Shown piece by piece: positions 10,032 through 20,772 of a DNA stretch of 64,000 nt. Position 1 is the first letter of the stretch, and the number at the start of each line of letters is the position of its first letter. The position numbers and the translations under genes are program-made. Location: positions 2,400,001 to 2,464,000 of the forward strand of contig OZ245777.1 in NCBI GenBank assembly GCA_965227775.1, in the 5' to 3' direction. The notes under the pieces were generated by a model. It made no database searches. It was not told the origin of the DNA and was given only the letters and a program-made list of their open reading frames with translations. This DNA comes from Phycisphaerales bacterium. GTDB taxonomy: Bacteria > Planctomycetota > Phycisphaerae > Phycisphaerales > UBA1924.

Positions 10032-11882
10032 ATGCAGTCCAGCCCCGCCCGTTGTCGAGCGTTTCCTTGGCCAGGCCTCGTCGCGATGGGCGTGCTCCTG
10101 TCGTCGGCGGTGGCGTGGGCTCAGACGCCCGTCTCCGGCACGATCGATCGCAGCACGACCTGGAGCGTCGCGGGCTCGCCGTACGTGCTCTCGGGCGACG
10201 TCGAGGTGGTGGGCGGGGCGACGCTCACGATCCTCGCCGGCGTCGACGTGCGCTTCGAGCCCGCGTCCAGGCTGCTGATCGGCGGGGAGCAACCGGGCGA
10301 GGCGGGCCGGCTGCTGGTCGTGGGCAGCAGCAGCGACCGCGTGGAATTCGGCCCGGCCGCGGCCGGCACGCACGCGGGCGGGGTCGAGCTGCGGCCGGGC
10401 GCCGCCGCCGGGCCCGACGGCAGCGGCTCGGCGATCCGATTCGCGCGGTTCGACGTGCTGGGCGAGCCGCTGACGATGCGCGGCGCGGTCGCCGAGTTGT
10501 TCGACGTGGTCGTCTTCCGCGCGACCAACCCCGAGCGTCCGGCCGTGGTCGTGGAGCTGGATCGACTGAGCGATGAGGCGCTGCGGGCGACGCGGCTGCA
10601 GGTCATCGACTCGGCCGGTCCGGGCATGGTGATCACCAAGGGCGGCAGCCACGAGCTGGTGGGGTGCCGGTTCGTGGCGAACAACGGACGCGGCCTGTGG
10701 ATTGACATGAACCCCGGCTTCCCGCGGCCCCGGGCCGCGCGGGAGGTGCGGCTGGACGCGTGCGAGTTCATCGCCAATCGATCAGGACGGGGGCTCGGCG
10801 GCGGCGGGGCGCTGCTGCTCGGCGAGGCCGCCTGGATCATGGTAGGGTGCACGTTCCTGCAGAATTCGAGCGAGGGAAGCGGCGGTGGGCTGTACCTCCA
10901 GGGATTGCGGGACTCGAGCGTGCGCGCGTGCGAGTTCGTTGAGAACGCCTCTGCCATTCGCGGCGGTGGGATGCTGGCTTCGATCTACGACATCTTGATC
11001 GAAGACTGCCGGTTTCGTGGCAACGGAGCCACCAACGACGGAGGGGGGATCGGCGTGCAGCCCCCATCCCGGCTGCATCGGTGCGTCTTCGAGGCAAACA
11101 CCGCGGCGTTCGGCGGCGCGGCCTACGGCCCGATCATGGCCGTCGACTGCCGGTTCACCGACAATTCGGCCCGGATCTCTGGCGGCGCGATGCAGATCCA
11201 GTTCACTACCACGGGATTCGGCGTGGTTGGCGGCGTGTTCGAGGGCAACAGCGCCGTTGAGAGCGGCGGGGCCATCGACTTCTGGAATTCGACGGCGCGC
11301 GAAGAGGTCCGCATCGAGGGCGCCTCATTCGTGGACAACAGCGCCGACTTCGGCGGTGCCATCGGAAACATCGGCGGCCGGCCCGTGGAGGAGGGCTTCC
11401 AGCTCAGGCTCGTGGCCACCCGCTTCGAGGCCAATCTCGCCCGGCGGGGCGGGGCCATCCACGTGCGCACAGACGCCGTCGCGGGGTTGCGTCTGGATCT
11501 GTCGCCCGAGGGCGACGCCGTCAACCGGTTCTCGGCGAATCTCGCGACCACCGGCTCGGCCATCGCCAACGACTCGGCCCACGGCGTGGAGGCGAGCGGC
11601 GTGTGCTGGGGCGTGCCGACGGCCTCGGCCGCCCGGACCCTGATCCACGACGGGCTCGACGATCCCGCGCTTGGAATCGTCGCGATCGATCCTATTGCCA
11701 CCGCCTGCCTCGACTGCCCGCAAGACCTGGACGGCGATGGCGAGCTGACCATCTTCGATTTCCTGATCTTCCAGGGGCTGTTCGCGATCGGTGACCCCGC
11801 GGCCGATTTCGATGGCGACGGCGAATTCACGATCTTCGACTTCCTTGGGTTCAGCAACGCCTTCGACGCCGGCTGCTCGTAG
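10032..11882 (+). CDS. Secreted right-handed parallel beta-helix (Pmp-like GGA/FxxN repeats) protein with C-terminal GC-type dockerin domain
   Basis: AGGAG RBS, signal peptide ending VAWA-Q, repeated FxxNxAxxGGA motifs and C-terminal CPQDLDGDGELTIFDF...DFDGDGEFTIFDF...FDAGCS. Confidence 0.85.
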   Translation: MQSSPARCRAFPWPGLVAMGVLLSSAVAWAQTPVSGTIDRSTTWSVAGSPYVLSGDVEVVGGATLTILAGVDVRFEPASRLLIGGEQPGEAGRLLVVGSSSDRVEFGPAAAGTHAGGVELRPGAAAGPDGSGSAIRFARFDVLGEPLTMRGAVAELFDVVVFRATNPERPAVVVELDRLSDEALRATRLQVIDSAGPGMVITKGGSHELVGCRFVANNGRGLWIDMNPGFPRPRAAREVRLDACEFIANRSGRGLGGGGALLLGEAAWIMVGCTFLQNSSEGSGGGLYLQGLRDSSVRACEFVENASAIRGGGMLASIYDILIEDCRFRGNGATNDGGGIGVQPPSRLHRCVFEANTAAFGGAAYGPIMAVDCRFTDNSARISGGAMQIQFTTTGFGVVGGVFEGNSAVESGGAIDFWNSTAREEVRIEGASFVDNSADFGGAIGNIGGRPVEEGFQLRLVATRFEANLARRGGAIHVRTDAVAGLRLDLSPEGDAVNRFSANLATTGSAIANDSAHGVEASGVCWGVPTASAARTLIHDGLDDPALGIVAIDPIATACLDCPQDLDGDGELTIFDFLIFQGLFAIGDPAADFDGDGEFTIFDFLGFSNAFDAGCS

Positions 11883-11951
11883 CGCGTCAGCCGCGCCGCG
11901 GTCATCCCCAGGTGGCCGGAGAGCGCTTGGGCGCTCCCCTAGCCTGTTCCA

Positions 11952-13901
11952 ATGCCTCCGACCGACTCGAACGCGCCCATCATCGGCATCGACCTGGGCA
12001 CAACCAACTCCCTCGCCGCCTACGCCGACGAGCGAGGGCCGCGCATCCTGGGCGACAACGCCGCCGGGTCGGGCATCGTTCCCAGCGTCGTCCGCTACGA
12101 GGCGCGGGCCGACGGCTCGCTGGCCGCCATCGTGGGGCTCGATGCGCGTGAGCGGGCGGTCGAGTTCCCGCAAACGACCATCGCCAGCGTGAAGCGGCTC
12201 ATGGGCCGCAGCCTGGCCGACGCTGCGGGCGATGCGCCGTACCTGCCCTACCAGATCGTCGACGGCCCGCGCGAGATGGCCGCGGTCGCCATCCCCGTCG
12301 CCGACGGCCCGCCCGTCGTCCGCATGCCCCAGGAAGTCTCCGCAGACATCCTGCGGGCCGTAAAGGACAAGGCCGAGCGGGCCCTGGGCGTGCCCGTCTC
12401 CAAGGCGGTCGTCACCGTGCCAGCGTACTTCGACGACGGGCAGCGCCAGGCAACCCGCGACGCCGGACGTTTGGCTGGGCTTGACGTCGTCCGTATCGTG
12501 AGCGAGCCAACGGCCGCGGCCCTCGCCTACGGCCTGGGCTCGGCCCAGCGGTCCAGCGTCGAGCCCACGACGGTCGCCGTGTTCGACCTGGGCGGCGGCA
12601 CCTTCGACGTCTCTGTCCTCCGCATCACGCCGGGTCCGCAGCCCGACGCCCCGGCCATCTTCCAGGTGCTCGCCACCGACGGCGACACGAGGCTGGGCGG
12701 GGACGACGCCGACCACGCCCTGGTCGGCCTGTTCCTGACCGAGGCCAACGAGCGGTTTGACCTCGGCCTGCCGGATCGCCTGGCCGACGCCCTCTCGGCT
12801 CTGCCCCCGCAGACCCGCCGCGCCCTTCTGACGTTCGCCCAGGACGTCAAACACCGCCTGAGCGAACGCGACGCGGCCGAGATCGCCATCGACCTTGGTG
12901 GCGGTCGCACGTACGACCGCACGGTGACCCGCGCCGAGTTCGAGTCACTCATCGAACCCATGATCAAGCGGGCCATCGCGGCGTGCGAGCGCGCCGTAAA
13001 GGCTGCGGCGAAGCAGCCCGGCGGCGAGTCCATCGACGCCGTCGTCCTGGTCGGCGGCTCGACGCGCATTCCCGCCGTTCGCCGCGCGGTGGGCGCCTTC
13101 TTCGGGCTCGAGCCCTACACCGCCCTCGACCCCGATCGCGTCGTCGCGCTCGGCGCGGCGGTGCAGGCGTCAACGCTCGCCGGCTGCAGCCGCAACAGCC
13201 TGCTGCTCGATGCCATCCCGCTGAGCCTTGGCATCGAGACGGTTGGGGGCGCCGTTGCCAAGCTGATCGTCGCCGGCGCCACCTTGCCGGCGCGAGCCAA
13301 GGAAACCTTCTCCACAAGCGTCGACGACCAGACCGCCATCGAGCTCAAGGTCTTGCAGGGCGAACGCGAGATGGCCGAGGACTGCCGCCAGCTCGGCCTG
13401 TTCCATCTTCGAGGCATCCCGCCGATGCCCGCCGGCGTGCCGCAACTGGAAGTCGAGTTCCTCGTCGACGCCAACGGCGTGCTCAGCGTGTCGGCCATCG
13501 AGAAGCGTTCGGGCCAGACCGCCACGCTCCAGGTCATTCCCAACCACGGCCTGACGCGCGACGAGGTCGACGCTATCGAGGCGCAAGCCATCGAGCACGC
13601 CCGCGACGACATGACCCGCCACCGCGTCGTTGACCTCATTGCCCATTCCTCGCTCGATGTCAAGTGGATCAACGAGGCCCTCGACCGTGTCGGCGACCAG
13701 CTGCCGAGTGAGCTGCGGACCAAGATCGAGGCTTCGGTCGAATCGGTCCGAGGCATGGCCGAGCGGGCGCGGGCCGACTGGCGGTCGGTTGATGCCGAGG
13801 CGTTCGCGGTCGCCAAGCAGGCGATGGACGAAGCGAGCGTGCCCTTGCACGAGGCGGCGATCTCCGAATCCCTCAAGGGCATGCCAGGCCGCACGACCTG
13901 A
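11952..13901 (+). CDS. Hsp70 family chaperone, HscA-like
   Basis: [49 protein letters not shown] and [10 protein letters not shown]. Confidence 0.9.
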   Translation: MPPTDSNAPIIGIDLGTTNSLAAYADERGPRILGDNAAGSGIVPSVVRYEARADGSLAAIVGLDARERAVEFPQTTIASVKRLMGRSLADAAGDAPYLPYQIVDGPREMAAVAIPVADGPPVVRMPQEVSADILRAVKDKAERALGVPVSKAVVTVPAYFDDGQRQATRDAGRLAGLDVVRIVSEPTAAALAYGLGSAQRSSVEPTTVAVFDLGGGTFDVSVLRITPGPQPDAPAIFQVLATDGDTRLGGDDADHALVGLFLTEANERFDLGLPDRLADALSALPPQTRRALLTFAQDVKHRLSERDAAEIAIDLGGGRTYDRTVTRAEFESLIEPMIKRAIAACERAVKAAAKQPGGESIDAVVLVGGSTRIPAVRRAVGAFFGLEPYTALDPDRVVALGAAVQASTLAGCSRNSLLLDAIPLSLGIETVGGAVAKLIVAGATLPARAKETFSTSVDDQTAIELKVLQGEREMAEDCRQLGLFHLRGIPPMPAGVPQLEVEFLVDANGVLSVSAIEKRSGQTATLQVIPNHGLTRDEVDAIEAQAIEHARDDMTRHRVVDLIAHSSLDVKWINEALDRVGDQLPSELRTKIEASVESVRGMAERARADWRSVDAEAFAVAKQAMDEASVPLHEAAISESLKGMPGRTT

Positions 13902-14171
13902 ACCGGATGCCGCCGACGCGTGACGGAGACGGCCGCGGCCGGCATCCCGGTAGACGGACGGAGAAATCACGGATCCCAGCCTGGACTGCCATCAAACCGG
14001 GCGGAATCTGACACCAAGGACACCGGCCTCGCGCAATCAGCCGGCGCTCTCGCGCCCCGGGCTTGCGGCGTGGCCAGAGCGAACTAGACTCTCGTGCAGG
14101 CCGTTGGAGGCAACGGCAGGGCTGTCGCTTCGGGCTCGTATTGGTCGATCAGGGGAACGAACGGAACACGA

Positions 14172-15380
14172 ATGTCCAGAGCCGCTAAGGGACCATCCCC
14201 ATACCTCTTCCTGGCCTCCAGCTCCAAGGGCGGAAAGCGGCTGGGGGTGCGCAGCGCCGCCAGCGAGCGGGCGCTCGCCTCAGTGCTCGGGCGAGAGCGG
14301 CGGGTGCTCGTCTGGTCGCGGCGGCTGCCCGGCTGGCTGGGCAGTTCGGGGCAGATGGGCCTCAAGGACCAGGAGCAGTTCAATGCGGTGCTAGGCCAGC
14401 TCGTCTCCCGAGGCGTTCCCTTGGTCGAGGCCTTGGATGTCACCGCGTCGGCAGTCGATGCCAGCCACGCCGACCGCATCCGCCGTGTGCGGTCGCAGGT
14501 CGCCGGTGGCGCGATGTTTGCTGACGCGTGCGGCAAGGTGGGCATCGTCGACCCTGTGACGTCGGCTGTCTATCGGGCGGCCGAGCGCACGGGCGATCTC
14601 GGTGGTGCGTGTGCCCAGATTGCCAAGACCGCCGAGCGGCAGGTCAAGGTCCGCAGCCAGGCCATCACGCTGATGTTCTACCCGATCATCGTACTTGGCG
14701 TGAGCGTCTTGGCAGGCTGGGGCATGCTGACCTTCATTGTTCCGATGATCGGCTCACGCCTGGCGAGCATGGGCAGCGAACTGCCGTGGTTTACGGTCGC
14801 CCTCATGACGGCCGGCCAGGCCATCCGCGACAACCTTGGCATCTTCTTCCTGATCATCCTGGGCCTGCTCATCGCGGGCATCGTTTTGCGCAAGGCGGTG
14901 GTCACCGCGGTGTGGAACGTCGTCCGCCGGTTGCCGGGCATGCGGGAGCTCGTGCTCGCGCAAGAGACCACGCGCTTCTTCTCGGTCATGGCCGCCATGA
15001 CGCGCTCGGGCGTGACGCTCGCTGATGCACTCGTCGTGGCGTATCGGACCGTGAGCCACGCGAAGCTGCGCAAGCAGTTGCAGACCTTGCAGCGTCGCCT
15101 CGTTGAGGGTGGGCAGCTCGCGCAACTGATCGAGGATGTTGAGGCCTTGCCATTGCCGGTGCGCAAGCTGCTGATTGCAGCCGAGCGCTCCGGTGACCTG
15201 GAAGAGGCGTTTGAGAGCCTTGCCGAAGACATGGCCGACGAGGTGGAGCGGCGCAGCACACGCGCACTTGCGGTTCTCGAGCCTGGGTTGATCATCTTTA
15301 TGTTCCTCATGATCGGCTCGATGGTCATGGCGATCATGCTGCCACTCTTTACGGCAACGGCCAATATGGACATGGGATAA
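14172..15380 (+). CDS. Type II secretion system F family inner-membrane platform protein (GspF/PilC)
   Basis: Two T2SSF repeats (GVPLVEAL..AAERTGDL; GVTLADAL..AAERSGDL), plus YP and EP transmembrane motifs. Confidence 0.9.
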   Translation: MSRAAKGPSPYLFLASSSKGGKRLGVRSAASERALASVLGRERRVLVWSRRLPGWLGSSGQMGLKDQEQFNAVLGQLVSRGVPLVEALDVTASAVDASHADRIRRVRSQVAGGAMFADACGKVGIVDPVTSAVYRAAERTGDLGGACAQIAKTAERQVKVRSQAITLMFYPIIVLGVSVLAGWGMLTFIVPMIGSRLASMGSELPWFTVALMTAGQAIRDNLGIFFLIILGLLIAGIVLRKAVVTAVWNVVRRLPGMRELVLAQETTRFFSVMAAMTRSGVTLADALVVAYRTVSHAKLRKQLQTLQRRLVEGGQLAQLIEDVEALPLPVRKLLIAAERSGDLEEAFESLAEDMADEVERRSTRALAVLEPGLIIFMFLMIGSMVMAIMLPLFTATANMDMG

Positions 15381-15460
15381 GCGGAAATCGAGTGTCGATC
15401 GACGGCATTGAACGCCGGGCGCATCGAAGTGACGCGAGAAGAGAGACCGAGGAAGCAAAC

Positions 15461-15868
15461 ATGAACACCAACAGACAAACCCGTTATCGTCATGCACGAC
15501 GCGGCTTCTCGCTGCTCGAGCTCACGCTGGTGATCCTCATCATCGGTGTGCTCATGGGCGTGGCCACCGTTGCGTTCGCGCCGGCGCTCTTGCGCGGCAA
15601 GACGACCGCGACGAAGGCCAGCATGACCACGATGCGTCAAGCGATCACCGAGTATCAGGGCATCAACAACCAGTACCCGCCCGCCCTCACAGCGTTGGTG
15701 CCGGGCCATCTCGCAGAAGTGCCGCTGGACGGCTGGGACAACCAGTTCTACTACGCTGCGCCGGGCCAGGACGGCCGGCCTTTCGATCTGATCAGCGCTG
15801 GCGAGGATGGCCAGTACACAACGGGCGACGACATCAACGTCTGGACCATGAACGAGGACCAGGAATAG
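15461..15868 (+). CDS. Major pseudopilin GspG-like
   Basis: Prepilin cleavage site RRG|FSLLEL and C-terminal DGWDNQFYY..FDLISAGEDG..GDDI. GAGG RBS before ATG 15461. Confidence 0.88.
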   Translation: MNTNRQTRYRHARRGFSLLELTLVILIIGVLMGVATVAFAPALLRGKTTATKASMTTMRQAITEYQGINNQYPPALTALVPGHLAEVPLDGWDNQFYYAAPGQDGRPFDLISAGEDGQYTTGDDINVWTMNEDQE

Positions 15869-15874
15869 AACGTC

Positions 15875-16450
15875 ATGTCCGCTCCGCGCGCACATCTTGC
15901 TCGCAGCCGACGGGGCATGACGTTCCTCGAGGCGGTGCTCGCTTCGGCCTTGCTCGGCATCGTGGCCATGGGCGTGTTCGGCGCGCTCAACTACCTCGTG
16001 CTGCAGCAGAAGCGGGCCGAACAAATCGCGGGTGCGTCCGAGGTTGCCAATCGCGTCGTGGTGATGTACCTGGACAGTCCCGACGATATGCCCCAGGATG
16101 GGCGGCCCATCGATTATGGTCGGCACCGATATCGCTGGACCTATGAGTCTGCGCCCATCGACGTGTTCGACCCGAACGCAACCGACGAGTCCACGCCCAT
16201 GCCTTTGACGCGGCTTCGTGAGCTGACCGTGAGCGTGTGGCTGCACGAAGAGAGCGGTGGGGCATTCTCCCCCAATCCGAGCACGCCGGGCATTGTCGTC
16301 CGGCGGATGCTCGATCCGCTTGCCAGCCGCAACCCCGACACGTTCGCGCGTGGTATCGACTCGCTAATCGATCGAATGGGCGGTGGAGATTCCACGACCC
16401 GCTCGGGCGGTTCGCAGGCCCCCGGTGGCGGTTCGCTAGGAGGTGGCTGA
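15875..16450 (+). CDS. Minor pseudopilin (GspI-like)
   Basis: Type IV prepilin motif RRG|MTFLEAV followed by a hydrophobic helix. Position after gspG. Confidence 0.75.
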   Translation: MSAPRAHLARSRRGMTFLEAVLASALLGIVAMGVFGALNYLVLQQKRAEQIAGASEVANRVVVMYLDSPDDMPQDGRPIDYGRHRYRWTYESAPIDVFDPNATDESTPMPLTRLRELTVSVWLHEESGGAFSPNPSTPGIVVRRMLDPLASRNPDTFARGIDSLIDRMGGGDSTTRSGGSQAPGGGSLGGG

Positions 16451-17493
16451 TGGCCACTCCGGCGCGCGGATTTACGCTCATCGAACTCTCGATGGCAATC
16501 GTCATCGGCACGATCATCCTCTTCGCGGCGATGGGCATGTTCCACACGATCCAACGAGCCGACGACATCGCAGAAGTGCGCGCCGAGGAGAACTTCCAGC
16601 TCCAGCGCACGCAACGGGTCGCCACCCGGGCGCTCGGGTCGCTGCGCGTCATGTCTCGACAGGAACAACAGACGGCGTCGGCCGCCCGCACGGCACAGGA
16701 ACAAGCAGAATCCGCGGTGGCCGATGGCCTGGGCCTCGGCGGGGGTCAGGGCGAGCAGGGAGACCAAGCCTCGCTTGACGCGCTCGCCGAGACGGTTCGC
16801 AACTTCCGGCCACGCGTGCTGCTCGAGCGGGACCCAGATTTGCAGGGCGTGCCCATGGTGCGGCGCGTGCGCATCGGCGAACAAGGGCTTGGCCAGCCGG
16901 AGGGCACGGCTCCCCAGCGTCTCGAGCTTGCGCTCAGCGCCCCACCAGTCATTCCCTCGTACGCCGACACACAGCGGCGGATGCGGATCGCCCAACTGGG
17001 TATGGCCCCGATCGATATCGGCTCTTCGGTCGACGAGGAGGGCGCCGTTCGCGGTGCGTTCGTCTTTCGCAACGAGCGACGGCTCAACGAGCTGGGCCTC
17101 CGTGTGTTTAGTTTCTGGTGGGTCCCGATTGCGGGCGATGCTGAGGACGCGGAAGTGATCGAGTCGGAGAGTCTCGACCCGGCGATGGTCGACGGCGCTG
17201 TGATGCTGATGGATAGTGTCGTCTGGGCGCGCTGGCGATTCTTCAAGGAAGGCGAGTGGCGCGATCAGCTGGAAGTGCTCGGCGAACTCGATCTGGCCGC
17301 GTACGGTGAGCTCGAATTGACGACGGCCCAGAATGTCACCGTTGCCTGGCTCTTCGAACTGGCCTGGACCATCGGTACGGATGAAGACGAGGCCGAAGAC
17401 GACGAGTTTGGCGATGACGACGCGGACGAAGTGCCCGACAGCGAGACGGGTGAGGACGGCCTGACGTCGGGCGTCGGCGGGGGGACGAACTGA
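16450..17493 (+). CDS. Minor pseudopilin (GspJ-like)
   Basis: ARG|FTLIELSMAIV. TGATG overlap with the upstream gene. Acidic C-terminal tail. Confidence 0.78.
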   Translation: MATPARGFTLIELSMAIVIGTIILFAAMGMFHTIQRADDIAEVRAEENFQLQRTQRVATRALGSLRVMSRQEQQTASAARTAQEQAESAVADGLGLGGGQGEQGDQASLDALAETVRNFRPRVLLERDPDLQGVPMVRRVRIGEQGLGQPEGTAPQRLELALSAPPVIPSYADTQRRMRIAQLGMAPIDIGSSVDEEGAVRGAFVFRNERRLNELGLRVFSFWWVPIAGDAEDAEVIESESLDPAMVDGAVMLMDSVVWARWRFFKEGEWRDQLEVLGELDLAAYGELELTTAQNVTVAWLFELAWTIGTDEDEAEDDEFGDDDADEVPDSETGEDGLTSGVGGGTN

Positions 17494-18356
17494 TGCCCCG
17501 CGGCCGTACCAGACCGAATCGCTCGCGGGCCTTCGCGTTGCCGCTGGTGGTCATCCTGTCGATGGTCGCCACTATGGCCATCGCGATCATGCTCGAACGC
17601 CAGAGCCAGCAGACCCGCTCGACCATTCGCCAGATGCGATGGACGCAGGATCGACACCTGGAGCGTGGTGTGCGTGAGGTTGCCGGGGCCTGGCTTACTG
17701 GCGCAAGCCGCCGGCTGAACGACATCGCGAAGGAAGGCGGGCACGCGCTCGACCTCACCATGGAGGGCGGGCGGACCATCCGCCTGGACATCGAAGACGC
17801 GCAAGGGTCGATCCTCTCGATGTTTGAGGGCGTCTCCGAGGCCGAGTTGCCGTTCGCACAGGGTGCGTACGACAGCGTGCTGATGCGGGCGGGCGACGAA
17901 CTGACGCTCGATCGGTGGACGCGGACCGTTGGGCCGGTTGCGATCAGTGCGGTGACAGCCCCCGAGGAGGTCATCGCGGCGGCGGTTGCTCCGATGATCG
18001 GTGATGGGCAGGCCTCCGCTCTGGCGCGGGACGTTGTGCTGGCGCGTGAGGACGCCGATGTGGACCGCGGGACGCAGTGGTTGCGGCGGATCATCGCCGA
18101 GTATGCGACCGAGATGGAGGATCGCCGGAGCATGCAGCGGCTGCTGGTCGGCGAGGCCGATTTGTGGCGGCTGAGCATCACGGTGATGGACGACCGGGGG
18201 CGTGTTGGCTCGATGTACGAGGCGATTGTCGAGGTCGACGGGCGAGAGATCCGCCAGCGTGCCGATAGTGGCGCGTTCTCGCCGCTCGGTCCGTTCCTGT
18301 TGTGGCGTCGGTTGGATGAGGCGGAGATGGTCGAGCAGGTCACGCGCCGACGCTAA
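17493..18356 (+). CDS. Minor pseudopilin (GspK/PilX-like)
   Basis: RA|FALPLVVIL, lacking Glu+5 as is typical of GspK. IEDAQG motif. TGATG overlap. Confidence 0.65.
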   Translation: MPRGRTRPNRSRAFALPLVVILSMVATMAIAIMLERQSQQTRSTIRQMRWTQDRHLERGVREVAGAWLTGASRRLNDIAKEGGHALDLTMEGGRTIRLDIEDAQGSILSMFEGVSEAELPFAQGAYDSVLMRAGDELTLDRWTRTVGPVAISAVTAPEEVIAAAVAPMIGDGQASALARDVVLAREDADVDRGTQWLRRIIAEYATEMEDRRSMQRLLVGEADLWRLSITVMDDRGRVGSMYEAIVEVDGREIRQRADSGAFSPLGPFLLWRRLDEAEMVEQVTRRR

Positions 18357-18394
18357 AGTAGCAGTCGCACGCGTGGGCGATAGGGGATTCATCA

Positions 18395-19195
18395 ATGGCA
18401 GGCAATCTCACACGGGCCGGAACGCTCCAGAAGCGGCGGACGATCCAGATCGCCGCGGGGGTCGCGTGCGTCGCGTTCGTGGGCATGGCGCTCGGGGCGG
18501 TCGTCGTCGATCGCTCGGTTGCCCCCGCGCCAGACGTCGTGTTGCCGCCACCGGCACCGATCACGAGCAGTGCGGACGACGAGGAGTACCCAATCTTCCC
18601 TCCGCTCATCGCGTCGGGCTTGTCATCGGTGTACACGCTCAAGCCCGAAGACAAGCCCGCCGAGGGGCCGAAGGGAGCGGGTGACCCCGAGGACCCGCCT
18701 CCGCAAGACATCGTGCTTGTGGCGGCGATCGGGCAGCCCGGCTCGATGATGGCGGTCATCCGCGAGGGCGCCGCGCAGACGGCCATCGCCGAGGGCCAGC
18801 GCGGTGGCTCGGTCGATGTGCTGGAGGTCAAGCCCGGCTATGCGCGTGTGCGCTACCGCGGACAGGAGCGCGAACTGACCGTGGGCAAGCCGATGCATCT
18901 GGTGAGCGATATGGGTGCGTCGGGTGAGGTTGCTGGAGGTAGCCAGATCATCACGCCTCCGGGTGCGATCCCGAAGACCGAGTCTCTCGAGGAGCAAGGC
19001 GTCACGCGGACGCGCGTACCGACGGCGATGCAGCGGTCCCAGTCGAGTGGCAACCGAGGTGGGCAAGGCTCGGGCCAGGGTGAGCGAGGCGGCCGTGGAG
19101 GCGGCGGCAACAGCGGCACGAGCCGACCGCCCGCGGGTGGCACGCCCGGAAACAACAACAACGGTCCCGGGGCGGGTGCTGAGGACGATCGGTGA
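18395..19195 (+). CDS. Bitopic T2SS accessory protein (GspC/PilP-like)
   Basis: Single TM helix, Pro-rich linker, short beta domain (LVAAIG..MAVIRE..EG..VLEV..ARVRYRG) and Gly-rich tail. The call rests on operon context. Confidence 0.5.
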   Translation: MAGNLTRAGTLQKRRTIQIAAGVACVAFVGMALGAVVVDRSVAPAPDVVLPPPAPITSSADDEEYPIFPPLIASGLSSVYTLKPEDKPAEGPKGAGDPEDPPPQDIVLVAAIGQPGSMMAVIREGAAQTAIAEGQRGGSVDVLEVKPGYARVRYRGQERELTVGKPMHLVSDMGASGEVAGGSQIITPPGAIPKTESLEEQGVTRTRVPTAMQRSQSSGNRGGQGSGQGERGGRGGGGNSGTSRPPAGGTPGNNNNGPGAGAEDDR

Positions 19196-20772
19196 GCGAT
19201 CGCGTCTGCTTCATCGAACGCGACGAGCGCGGCGATCGCATCCGCGCGGTGCGGCTCGTCGGCCTGCACGCCGAGGCGGCGTGGACGAGCCCTCGCGTCG
19301 ATGGGCGGTACGTCTCTGAGGCATCCGAAGACGCGGAGGCGGCCGCCGAGTGGATCGCCCAGCGGCTCTCCATCGATGGGGACAAACTCGGGGTGATCGT
19401 GCTGGACACGACTGGCGCGCACTGCGCGTGGGTGCAGGCGGCCACCGCCGAAGCGGGCGCCGTGCGGAGCGCCTATGGACGCGGCGGTGAGGTTGCCGAG
19501 GACGAGTTCGACGTCGACTTCGGCCTTGAGGACGAGGCAGAGGAGAGCGACGCGCTCGGTGCACGCCCCACGCCGACCGAGGCCGCGATCGAGGCGCTCG
19601 GGCCGGCGTACGAATCGGAGTCCGGGCTGCGTGTAGGCGTACTCGTCGCTCCTGACTCAATCGTTCGTTTGCTGATCGATGAGCTCGATCGCAATGGCGT
19701 TGGATTCACCGGTGTAACGAGTCTGTGGCACTTGTTGGGTTGGATGGCTTCGCCTGATGGCGGCTCGGTGGAGTCGTCGCGCGTTGTCTCCGACAGTCCG
19801 ACCGTGAGTGGCGGCGTGATGGTGACTGCCTCCGGGCGGCTTCTGTGGGGCTGGTGCCGGGAGGACACGCTGCTCGCGGCCGGTGCGCTTCGCCTGGGAT
19901 TGCACGACGACGGCCCGGTTGTGTCTGCGCACGACGTCGCTCGGCTTGTGAACGATTGGGTGGCGTGGAGCGCGCAGGTTGGTGTCGCGCCGGGGCGCAT
20001 CAAGATCTCGTCGTGCGAGCTCGCCGGTGAGCGTTCGACTGGCGATGCCAATACGTTGTCCGTGCCTGGGCTTGCATCGTCGTTGGCCGATGCATGGCCG
20101 GACGCGGTCGTCGATGTCGACGTATTCGAGGATCCGGTGCTCGAGGTGCTGCGATCGCATGGCACGACTGCTGGGGGCGAGCTTGCCCCGGGGCATGCGA
20201 TGTCGTCGCTCGCGCTGCGGCCAGGGCGCGCCACACGCCGCGTGTATCAGGTTGCCGGGCTGGCACTGGCGTGCTGCGGGCTCGCGCTTGCGGCGGTTGG
20301 ATTCCGCTCGCAAAGCCAGGCTCCGGCCATGCGTGCCGACGCCGAGCGCGTGCGTGAGGCGTATCTCGCGGAAATGGCTGAGGTGGAGCAGAAGCTCGGC
20401 GTTCCTGGTGAGATCACCGGGGCGATCGTGCCGATCTTTGCGCTCACCGCCGCGGTCGATCAGAGAACGCGGGCCAGTGAGATTACTCGGGCAGAGGGAA
20501 AGCCCATCGTGCGAGAGCTGGAATCGCTCTCGTTCCTGCTCAGCGAACTAGGCGATGATGTTGAGTTGCAGCGGATCGACGCGAGCACCGTTGGTTTCAC
20601 CGTCCAGCTTTCGACGGAGAATGACGCCATCGTGGGGCGCATCAATGCGCTTCTGAGTGACCTGGGCATGAACAGTGGGCCGATTCGCTGGCAGCCCAAC
20701 GCGACCCAGCGTGGCTCGGAGTACACCGTGCGTATGGCCGGCACATGGGCACGCCAGGGAGGCCAGCAGTGA
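19192..20772 (+). CDS. T2SS GspL/PilM-PilN-like protein
   Basis: Large cytoplasmic domain, one TM helix (VAGLALACCGLALAAVG) and a periplasmic coiled region. GTGA overlap. The call rests on context. Confidence 0.5.
   Translation: MSDRVCFIERDERGDRIRAVRLVGLHAEAAWTSPRVDGRYVSEASEDAEAAAEWIAQRLSIDGDKLGVIVLDTTGAHCAWVQAATAEAGAVRSAYGRGGEVAEDEFDVDFGLEDEAEESDALGARPTPTEAAIEALGPAYESESGLRVGVLVAPDSIVRLLIDELDRNGVGFTGVTSLWHLLGWMASPDGGSVESSRVVSDSPTVSGGVMVTASGRLLWGWCREDTLLAAGALRLGLHDDGPVVSAHDVARLVNDWVAWSAQVGVAPGRIKISSCELAGERSTGDANTLSVPGLASSLADAWPDAVVDVDVFEDPVLEVLRSHGTTAGGELAPGHAMSSLALRPGRATRRVYQVAGLALACCGLALAAVGFRSQSQAPAMRADAERVREAYLAEMAEVEQKLGVPGEITGAIVPIFALTAAVDQRTRASEITRAEGKPIVRELESLSFLLSELGDDVELQRIDASTVGFTVQLSTENDAIVGRINALLSDLGMNSGPIRWQPNATQRGSEYTVRMAGTWARQGGQQ

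Noticed and set aside
8981..10033. Apparent 350-aa N-terminal extension of PheT
   Set aside because: Open frame by chance in high-GC DNA. It overlaps the lipoprotein gene on the other strand, and PheT homology starts at ATG 8980.
11325..12854. 509-aa minus-strand ORF resembling the so-called NAD-specific glutamate dehydrogenase ([13 protein letters not shown]...[11 protein letters not shown])
   Set aside because: It is the known antisense shadow of Hsp70 genes. The + strand carries the real chaperone.
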